From assembly GCA_044342325.1 (NCBI GenBank), contig JBIIPZ010000056.1:1-15143 (forward strand): a stretch of DNA of 15,143 nt. Reading direction: 5' to 3'. The DNA comes from Terrimicrobiaceae bacterium. Lineage in GTDB: Bacteria; Verrucomicrobiota; Verrucomicrobiia; Chthoniobacterales; Terrimicrobiaceae. Position numbers and translations under genes: made by a program. The notes beneath the pieces were generated by a model. The model had not been told where the DNA came from, did not search any database, and saw only the letters and a list, made by a program, of their open reading frames with translations. Below are positions 9,024-15,143 of the stretch, piece after piece; position 1 is the first letter of the stretch, and the number at the start of each line of letters is the position of its first letter.

Positions 9024-9398
9024 TTAGCGGATGGGCTGCGGAGCCACGGTTCCGTCGATGCTCACAGTGGCATGAGAGCGAGGCGACGCCGTGATGGGTT
9101 CGTCGCTCTCGATCGTGGCGAGGCCCTGCGGTGTGAGATTTTTAATCACTCCGCCACGAGCTTTTGCGGAGTCTCCTTCTACACGGATGACGACGCGTTG
9201 GCCTTCTTGAAGTCTCAATTCCGGGTTGAATGATGCTGTTAGGATCGAGGGCGTTCCATTGGAATCCAGCAAGGCCTCGCTGGCAAAGGAGTGGTTGCGG
9301 GAGTAATTCCAAACGGTTGCGAGAAATCCCGCCACGCAAAGAGCGAGCAGGGTGAGTGCGACGAGACGACCGTTGGCGCGGCCAGCAGGGTTTTTCAT
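9024..9398 (-). CDS. Small single-TM hypothetical protein, 124 aa; possible stand-alone EmrA/HlyD-type beta-barrel
   Basis: ATG overlaps the trpC stop (ATGA, 9395-9398). A basic N-terminus is followed by the hydrophobic helix LVALTLLALCVAGFLATVW, and the C-terminal part is beta-strand-like. Confidence 0.8.
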   Translation of the reverse strand: MKNPAGRANGRLVALTLLALCVAGFLATVWNYSRNHSFASEALLDSNGTPSILTASFNPELRLQEGQRVVIRVEGDSAKARGGVIKNLTPQGLATIESDEPITASPRSHATVSIDGTVAPQPIR

Positions 9399-10213
9399 AA
9401 AGTGCGCGCCACCTCAAAATCGCGGAGGCAGGCGTGGATGCCGCGTTCGTCGCGGAGGAGGGAAGTCCCCACGAGCGCGGCTTGAAAGTTGGACGCAACA
9501 GAGGAAAGGTTTTGCGGAGAAATTCCGCTCTCTGCGACACGGATGGCGGATGCGGGGAGTTGGCTCACCAGGTCGAAAACTCCGAGGTCGAGGCTGAAGT
9601 CGGTGGCCGAGGATTGGCCAGCGGCGACGAAGCCGGAGTTGGTTTTGAATTTGCGGCTGTTGATTCCCACCACGCGCGCTTCAGCTGGCAGGGTGGCTAT
9701 TTCCTCCGTCGTGTGGATTTCAAAGAGGGCTTCCATGCCGAGTTCGAGTGCCACTTGGTGGAGGCGGTGCATGGTTTTTGCGTCGAGCACATTTGCCATG
9801 AGCAGAATCGCATCCGCACCGAACGCGCGGGCTTCGTAAACTTGATACTCGTCCACAAAAAAATCTTTTCTAAGGACAGGGTGGGGGATCTGCTTGCGGA
9901 TTTCGCCGAGGTGGTGGATGCCCATTCCGAAGTGTGTCTTATTCGTGAGGACGGAAACTGCCCGCACGATCGGAGATGCGGCATAGGCTGCCGCGGCGTC
10001 GCGGACATTTTCAGCGCGCATCGGCCCCACGCTGGGTGAGCGTTCTTTGATCTCCGCGATGAGGCCGAAGCTCGAGGACAGAGCTGATGCAAAATCGCGG
10101 GCTGGCGGGGCGTCGGAGAGACGGGCTTGGATTTCGCTCAGGGGAGCCTTTTGTTTGGCTTCGGCGACTTCGCGGCGAACGTCCTCGAGGATCGTGTCGA
10201 GAATGGTTTTCAA
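9395..10213 (-). CDS. trpC: Indole-3-glycerol phosphate synthase, 272 aa, TTG start
   Basis: Motifs LIAEIKERSPS, SVLT, PVLRKDF, EARAFGADAILL, LFEIH, GINSR, VAESGI and LVGTSL. The start overlaps the upstream stop (TTGA). Confidence 0.96.
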   Translation of the reverse strand: MKTILDTILEDVRREVAEAKQKAPLSEIQARLSDAPPARDFASALSSSFGLIAEIKERSPSVGPMRAENVRDAAAAYAASPIVRAVSVLTNKTHFGMGIHHLGEIRKQIPHPVLRKDFFVDEYQVYEARAFGADAILLMANVLDAKTMHRLHQVALELGMEALFEIHTTEEIATLPAEARVVGINSRKFKTNSGFVAAGQSSATDFSLDLGVFDLVSQLPASAIRVAESGISPQNLSSVASNFQAALVGTSLLRDERGIHACLRDFEVARTL

Positions 10214-11043
10214 GGCTGTGGTTTTGGGTAACTGCCGAGGATTTTTACAGAACGGCAGCTTTGCATGAGGGCGTCAAGGAGGCCGTTGGCTTCCAAGTCC
10301 CGGACATGTCCATCGGTCTGGACGAAGAAAAAAGTCTCGGCTTTGTCACTTTGCGAGGGACGGCTCGCAAAGTGCGCGAGGTTGACCTGCATTTGACGGA
10401 AGGGCTCCAATGCCGAAACCAGTGCGCCTGGTTTGTCCTCGATGCGAAGCATGATGAGGGTCTGGTCATGGCCAGTGGGCGCGTTGATTTGACGGCCGAG
10501 AATGATGTGGCGCATCCCGGTTGCGGGAGTTTGCGCGTCAGCCTCAGGAAGAATTTCAGCGCAGATCGAGAGGTCGGTGGTGGTCAACTCGTCGAGCGTG
10601 GCGTTGATGAATCCATGAACGGGATCTTCCAGTGGAACAACTCCGCAGTCGGCCTTGTTCGCACGGATCTGTTCAATCACTTCGGCAATCGAGTTTGCGG
10701 GCGTGTATCGCACGCTGGAGCCGAATTTGGAGAGGGCCGTCTGGTGCGTGGAACTGCCTGCTGGACCGAGGCACGCGATGACGATGTCGTTTTCCAAAGC
10801 AAGGGAGGCCGACATGATCTCTCGGTAAATCGCGCGAATCGATTCGGGGCGGAGCGGACCGTTGCTGCGTTCGACAAGGCTCCGCAGCAGCTTCATCTCG
10901 CGGTCCGGCGAGTAGATGGGAAGCGAGGCGCGGTTTTTGATGACGCCGATTTCCTTTGCCAAAGTGGCGCGCTCGTTGAGAAGGCGCAGCAACTCTGTAT
11001 CAAGAGCATCGATGCGCTGGCGAAGTTCTCCGAGGTCGCTCAT
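10210..11043 (-). CDS. pheA: PheA (P-protein)-like: AroQ chorismate mutase + truncated/degenerate prephenate dehydratase + ACT domain, 277 aa
   Basis: AroQ motifs LRQRIDALD..LLNERA..IGVIK..PDRE..REIMSAS. PDT N-terminal part IACLGPAGS...ADCGVVPLE. ACT part DKPGAL..VNL..SRP...LGSYP. Much shorter than typical P-proteins and lacking the SHPQ and TRF motifs. The symbol denotes homology only. Confidence 0.85.
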   Translation of the reverse strand: MSDLGELRQRIDALDTELLRLLNERATLAKEIGVIKNRASLPIYSPDREMKLLRSLVERSNGPLRPESIRAIYREIMSASLALENDIVIACLGPAGSSTHQTALSKFGSSVRYTPANSIAEVIEQIRANKADCGVVPLEDPVHGFINATLDELTTTDLSICAEILPEADAQTPATGMRHIILGRQINAPTGHDQTLIMLRIEDKPGALVSALEPFRQMQVNLAHFASRPSQSDKAETFFFVQTDGHVRDLEANGLLDALMQSCRSVKILGSYPKPQP

Positions 11044-11846
11044 GGTTGGGATTCCTCTTCGGGGATGGAATCCACCGGCGCTGCTTCGTCGGTGGGCTCA
11101 GGCTCGGTGGGCTCAGGCTCCGATTGAGGTGGCTCGGAGGGCTGGGGAACAAAGAGTTCAGGCTCACTGGCAGGTGGTTCGGCGGGTTTTTCCTCAGCTG
11201 CAGGTTGCGCCTCGGCAGGAGGCTCTTCCGGTGGATTCGCCTTGGGAAGGGCGATGCGGCGGAGTTCGGAGGCATTGGGAAGATCATCCAGATTTTTTAG
11301 CCCGAAGTGGTCCATGAAATACTGAGTGGTCTCGTAGAGGAGGGGGCGTCCTGCGATTTCAGAGCGCCCAGCGATTCGCACGAGGTTGCGGTCGAGAAGG
11401 GTCTGCATCACACCATCCACAGCGACGCCGCGCACGGCTTCCATATCAGCGCGGGTGATTGGTTGCCGGTAGGCGATAATAGCGAGTGTCTCCATGGAGG
11501 GAGCGCTGAGGCGGGCTTGGCGGTTTTCCGGGAAAAGCTGGCGCAGCCAGGGCGCATAGTCGCCGCGCGTCACGAGTTGCCAACCGGCCGCGCTTTCCCT
11601 GACTTCAAAGGAACGGCCCGTCTCGGAGTAATCGAGTTCGAGTTTATGGATCGCCTCTTGAATCTGAGGCGCCTTCACCTTGGCGAAGGCCTCGATGTCG
11701 GGATTTTCTTTTGCCGCCTCGGCTGCGCCTTTGAAAATAGAGCTGAGTTCCTTTGCGGAGACGGGTTTTTGAGACGCAAAAAGAATGGCCTCAACAATTC
11801 GGTGAAGCGGGAAGAGGGGGGCGGGGCTTGGGGATTCGTCGCTCAT
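11040..11846 (-). CDS. scpB: SMC-Scp complex subunit ScpB, ~268 aa, with a Pro/Glu-rich C-terminal tail
   Basis: VEAILFAS; RLSAPSMETLAIIAYRQPITRADMEAVRGV; GRPLLYETTQYFMDHFGL..LDDLP. The start is placed at ATG 11846 (ATGA overlap with the scpA stop) rather than 11897. Confidence 0.97.
   Translation of the reverse strand: MSDESPSPAPLFPLHRIVEAILFASQKPVSAKELSSIFKGAAEAAKENPDIEAFAKVKAPQIQEAIHKLELDYSETGRSFEVRESAAGWQLVTRGDYAPWLRQLFPENRQARLSAPSMETLAIIAYRQPITRADMEAVRGVAVDGVMQTLLDRNLVRIAGRSEIAGRPLLYETTQYFMDHFGLKNLDDLPNASELRRIALPKANPPEEPPAEAQPAAEEKPAEPPASEPELFVPQPSEPPQSEPEPTEPEPTDEAAPVDSIPEEESQP
11091..11120. repeat. Perfect 15-bp tandem duplication (GGTGGGCTCAGGCTC x2) encoding EPEPT-EPEPT in the ScpB tail
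   Basis: Read directly at 11091-11105 and 11106-11120. Confidence 0.9.
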
Positions 11847-12589
11847 ACAAAAGTGGGTTGGGCATTGCTCACGCGGTCGATCCAGATTTCGCCACACACT
11901 CCCTCCTGTCGCACGCGGAGTTGTTTGAGGCGGATGAGTTCGAGCATAGCGAGAAAGGTTACCACGATCTCCGTGCGGGTGGCCGCATCGGCAAAGAGTT
12001 CTTCAAACCGGAGGGGTATGCCTTCCTGGGTGATGCGCAGGACATGCTCGATCTTGTCGGAGACGGTGAAATTTTCCGCGAAAATTTCGCGGAGATCCTC
12101 GGGCTTTTTTTCGAGCCGCTTGAGGATTTTTTGAAAGGCGTGGATCAGATCGAAAATGCCGACCTCTTCCACAAGCAGATTCTCGGCTGGGGCGAGGTCC
12201 GGCGTCACGGGCACGCGGGCAAAGAGGTTCAACTGGGCCGTTTCGTTGTCGCGAAGCAGCGCGGCTGCCTCCTTGAATTTTTTATACTCGATCAGCTGCC
12301 GGATGAGTTCGAAGCGGGGATCATCCTCCTCGGCGTCCTCCTCGGCCATCTGCTGGTCGACGGGGAGGAGTGTGCGGCTTTTGATGTAGAGGAGGTTTGC
12401 GGCCATGACGATGAACTCGCCGGCCAGCTCGATGTTCAGAACCTGGAAGGCCTCGATGTAGGCCATGTATTGCTTGGTGATCCGCTCGATCGAAATGTCG
12501 TAGATATCCACCTCATCGCGTTTGATGAGGTAGAGCAACAGATCGAGCGGACCCTCGAATACATCAAGTTTGACCTTGTAGTCCTCCAC
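11843..12589 (-). CDS. scpA: Segregation and condensation protein ScpA (kleisin), 248 aa, GTG start
   Basis: VKLDVFEGPLDLLLYLI..IDIYDI-like DEVDIYDI; AGEFIVMAANLLYIKSRTLLP; EDDPRFELIRQLIEY; IVVTFLAMLEL. Adjacent to scpB. Confidence 0.98.
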   Translation of the reverse strand: MEDYKVKLDVFEGPLDLLLYLIKRDEVDIYDISIERITKQYMAYIEAFQVLNIELAGEFIVMAANLLYIKSRTLLPVDQQMAEEDAEEDDPRFELIRQLIEYKKFKEAAALLRDNETAQLNLFARVPVTPDLAPAENLLVEEVGIFDLIHAFQKILKRLEKKPEDLREIFAENFTVSDKIEHVLRITQEGIPLRFEELFADAATRTEIVVTFLAMLELIRLKQLRVRQEGVCGEIWIDRVSNAQPTFV

Positions 12590-12595
12590 GCGACT

Positions 12596-12949
12596 TTAAG
12601 GCCGCTTGTAGCCGCGTTTTTCAGCCTCGCGTTTTTGTTGGATGCGATGCTTGTCGTGTTCCTTTTTCTTGGTTTTGAGTTTGCTGATCTGGCGCGAAAG
12701 CTTGTCGACGACCTTGTCGATGGCCACGTAGAGATCGGCTTCCGCATCCTCAGCGTGGATGTCGGGTCCACTGAGTGCGAGGTGAACCTTGACGATATAA
12801 GGCTTCTTGCGGTCGTGGTTGTGAAGAAGAACGATGTGTGCTGCGAGGATCGTTTCACCGTGGCCTTCGAGGTGGCTGACTTTTTCCGCCACAAATTCAT
12901 GGATGGCGCCGGTGAGGGTGATGTTTCGCGGAGTGATGTGAATTTGCAT
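12596..12949 (-). CDS. hpf: Ribosome hibernation promoting factor (short HPF/RaiA, S30AE family), 117 aa
   Basis: MQIHITPRNITLT.AI..FV.EKV...DLYVAIDKVVDKLSRQI.K.K.K family pattern. The long-HPF C-terminal dimerisation domain is absent. Confidence 0.93.
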   Translation of the reverse strand: MQIHITPRNITLTGAIHEFVAEKVSHLEGHGETILAAHIVLLHNHDRKKPYIVKVHLALSGPDIHAEDAEADLYVAIDKVVDKLSRQISKLKTKKKEHDKHRIQQKREAEKRGYKRP

Positions 12950-12987
12950 GATCTATACTTTGCGACTGCCTGCGCCTTCATTCCAGC

Positions 12988-13008
12988 AAAAATCCGCACG
13001 CCTGCGGA
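12988..13008 (-). terminator. Putative intrinsic terminator after the lgt-hydrolase pair
   Basis: Minus strand reads TCCGCA-GGCG-TGCGGA followed by TTTTT, 10 nt after the hydrolase stop. Confidence 0.65.
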
Positions 13009-13018
13009 ATTCGCGGAG

Positions 13019-13978
13019 CTACATTTCGACGAGTTCGAGAATTTTCGAGTAGCTGAGATCCGTGTTTGCGCCCGGTTGAGCGGGGTCGATCATGTCGTGC
13101 GGGATGCCGAGGGACTCCGGAAATTCGTAGGTGATGACCCTCTCGCCTTCGTGGGCTTTAAGTTGCGATGCGATTTCGTTTGTCAGCTGGTTGTTGGCTC
13201 CCCGGTCGCTGGCCGTTGTTAAAAAAATGAGCCTCTTGGCAAAAAGTGGGCGCGAGTCGAGGTTCGTCCTCACATCCCGCGAGAGCTGGATCGTGTCCGC
13301 CATGCAGTGGGTCCCGAAGCGGGGGTAGGCGTAGAGCGGACCCGGTAGATTGTCTTTTTTCGAGGCATCCCACCATTGATAGAAATTCGGCAGCTTCGAA
13401 AGCGTCGCGGCCGTCGCATCGATGATCGATGGCTTCACACCATACATGCCGAAGAACGGTGCGATGAGCATGACATCGCCGATGCCATCCCTGTTCTGAG
13501 CCATCCAACCCGCCGCCACGGCGCTCCCTGAGAGGCCGATGAGTGTGATCCTGTCGCCGAGACCGCCCGCGATATCGAGTCCCATGGCGGCCTGGTCGAT
13601 CAGATCCTGCGCGGTTTGGTGACCTTGGTCATTGTTGAGCCGGTCTGCAAAACCCGCGAGGCGCGCACGAGGAACCACCACATTCGCACCTTTTGCGTGA
13701 AGGATTTTGGCAAGCGGCACAAATTGCTCCGGGCAGTTGGTGAGGCCATGCAAAAGCACAAAGACGCGCTCGGTTTTATGTCCATGATGAAAAAGGCGAC
13801 TGGCCCCCTCTGGACGCAGTGGGTGCAATGAATCCTCCCGGTGAAGGGTTTCAAATTTCGCCAACGCCTCATCAAAAGTGGCCGCCGGGCTGGGCGTCGA
13901 TTTGAATGCGGGAATTTGTGACATGGCGACTACAAGGAGGACCAGAATGGGCAGTCCGAAAAGGGCGGTTTTTTTCAT
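13019..13978 (-). CDS. Exported/membrane-anchored alpha/beta hydrolase (esterase/lipase-like), ~319 aa
   Basis: MKK plus a hydrophobic N-terminal segment; oxyanion motif VLLHGLT; nucleophile elbow IGLSGSA; candidate Asp (TTASD) and His (IPHDMID). The start is placed at ATG 13978 (ATGA overlap with the lgt stop). Confidence 0.85.
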   Translation of the reverse strand: MKKTALFGLPILVLLVVAMSQIPAFKSTPSPAATFDEALAKFETLHREDSLHPLRPEGASRLFHHGHKTERVFVLLHGLTNCPEQFVPLAKILHAKGANVVVPRARLAGFADRLNNDQGHQTAQDLIDQAAMGLDIAGGLGDRITLIGLSGSAVAAGWMAQNRDGIGDVMLIAPFFGMYGVKPSIIDATAATLSKLPNFYQWWDASKKDNLPGPLYAYPRFGTHCMADTIQLSRDVRTNLDSRPLFAKRLIFLTTASDRGANNQLTNEIASQLKAHEGERVITYEFPESLGIPHDMIDPAQPGANTDLSYSKILELVEM

Positions 13979-14916
13979 GCGCGGAACTTTGGCGCCCAAG
14001 TCGGCCGGATTCTTGCGGCAACAAGGAATGCCACGCCGATCAAAATCAGGAACAGGGAGAGAAATTGTCCTCGTGTCAGCATGAGAGTCAGCGGAGCGTC
14101 CGGCTCCCGAAAAAACTCCCCAGCAATCCGCAACAGAGCGTAGGCGATGAAAAACACACCCGTCAGGATTCCATCAGGCAGGCGGAAGCGTGTTCGCAAA
14201 ATCCAAAGAATGGCAAACAGCACCGCGCCTTCCAGAAAAGCCTCGTAAATCTGCGAGGGATGTCGCGGCGTCAGAACCTTGCCCAGAAGAGTGTGCAACT
14301 CAGGCGATGCTCCGGCGTTTTCGACCACGGCGGGGATGTTTGTGAAAGCGGGATCGATCTGCGATGCCTCAAGTAAGACCTCGCGCGCCGTCTCCGGCGC
14401 GGCCTCGTAGAGTTCCTTTGGAAATTGAACCGCCCATGGCACCGATGTCGCTCGCCCGTAGAGTTCGCCATTGATGAAATTCGCACACCGCCCGAGGAAG
14501 AGCCCCACAGGCGCAGCAACCACCGTGTTGTCCCCGATGTTCAACCAGGAAATCTTTTTCCGCCGCGAATAAATCCAAGTAAAAACCACGATGCCTAGGA
14601 TTCCCCCGTGGCTCGACATGCCCCCATCCCAGAATTTGAAAAAAAGCAGAGGGTTCCCCAGGAAATTTTCCCAATCGTAAAAAAGCATGTATCCCAGCCG
14701 CCCACCCAGAATAACCCCAAAAAGCGCCGTGCCGGTGATGAAGTCGCCAATATCCCTCGCCGGAATATCGCTGTAACCTCGCCGTGCCAGGTGCAGGCAA
14801 ATGCCATACGCCGAGGCAAACGCCAACACATAAGCCAAGCCATACCAGCGAAGCCCCATAGTCTCGCTGAACTGAATCAAAAACGGGCTGAGATCGTGAA
14901 TATAGTAGGCAAGCAC
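13975..14916 (-). CDS. lgt: Prolipoprotein diacylglyceryl transferase, 313 aa, GTG start
   Basis: RWYGL, GGRLGY, GGMSSHGG, GRCANFINGELYGR, RHPSQIYE, LRIAGEFFREPD, TRGQFLS; multiple TM segments. Confidence 0.98.
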   Translation of the reverse strand: MLAYYIHDLSPFLIQFSETMGLRWYGLAYVLAFASAYGICLHLARRGYSDIPARDIGDFITGTALFGVILGGRLGYMLFYDWENFLGNPLLFFKFWDGGMSSHGGILGIVVFTWIYSRRKKISWLNIGDNTVVAAPVGLFLGRCANFINGELYGRATSVPWAVQFPKELYEAAPETAREVLLEASQIDPAFTNIPAVVENAGASPELHTLLGKVLTPRHPSQIYEAFLEGAVLFAILWILRTRFRLPDGILTGVFFIAYALLRIAGEFFREPDAPLTLMLTRGQFLSLFLILIGVAFLVAARIRPTWAPKFRA

Positions 14917-15101
14917 AGGTATTCTTTTTCGCCGTTCAGGCTCTGAGAGGCAAGCGTGAGGGTCGAATACACAGGAGAACGCACCGATAATCAGCCTGCG
15001 GCCTTAACCAAATCCCCAGAGACATTTCACCTGAAAAGCCTTCATGCGCCCTGTGTCTTGGACGAGTGAAAAATAGTTAGACAACTCCATTCCCTTTTGG
15101 C

Positions 15102-15143
15102 ATGAGCATGGGAATGAAAATCCAAGAAGTCGCCGAAAGTTTT
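15102..15143 (+). CDS. Possible 5' end of a divergent gene (MSMGMKIQEVAESF...), truncated
   Basis: Three in-frame ATGs (15102, 15108, 15114) follow an AT-richer intergenic stretch, and the frame is open to the window end. Only 14 codons are visible. Confidence 0.3.
   Translation, partial: MSMGMKIQEVAESF

Noticed and set aside
3079..11127. Other long plus-strand ORFs (3079-4074, 5689-6861, 9434-10039, 10087-11127)
   Set aside because: They are antisense to well-supported genes, as expected in high-GC DNA, and show no family signatures.
11847..11897. Longer scpB start at 11897, and similarly the hydrolase start at 13999
   Set aside because: The downstream ATGs (11846, 13978) give canonical ATGA overlaps and more plausible N-termini.
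11753..13222. 489-aa plus-strand ORF spanning scpA, hpf and the hydrolase
   Set aside because: It is an antisense shadow. Those three genes share one codon register (offsets of 753 and 423 bp), and GC-rich codon usage depletes antisense stops. No protein motifs were recognised.

Overview
GC-rich bacterial chromosomal region. It is probably Verrucomicrobiota/PVC, inferred only from the double-length UvrA, the HU/IHF type and the absence of Shine-Dalgarno motifs. Eleven co-oriented minus-strand genes run, in transcription order: lgt, an exported alpha/beta hydrolase, hpf/raiA, scpA, scpB, a pheA-like gene (chorismate mutase + internally deleted prephenate dehydratase + ACT), trpC, a small membrane-anchored hypothetical, HU/IHF, a tandem-duplicated 1822-aa uvrA, and mutS. 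Downstream of mutS, a non-coding ~216-bp tandem repeat array built from inverted pairs of GGAG-headed REP-like hairpins runs off the left edge. A possible divergent gene starts at the right edge. The most unusual items are the repeat array, the PheA-like protein with a seemingly inactivated dehydratase module, the asymmetric double UvrA, and a protein resembling an EmrA/HlyD adaptor reduced to a TM helix plus beta-barrel. No rRNA, tRNA, CRISPR array or transposase was seen. All family calls come from motif recognition by eye, not database searches.
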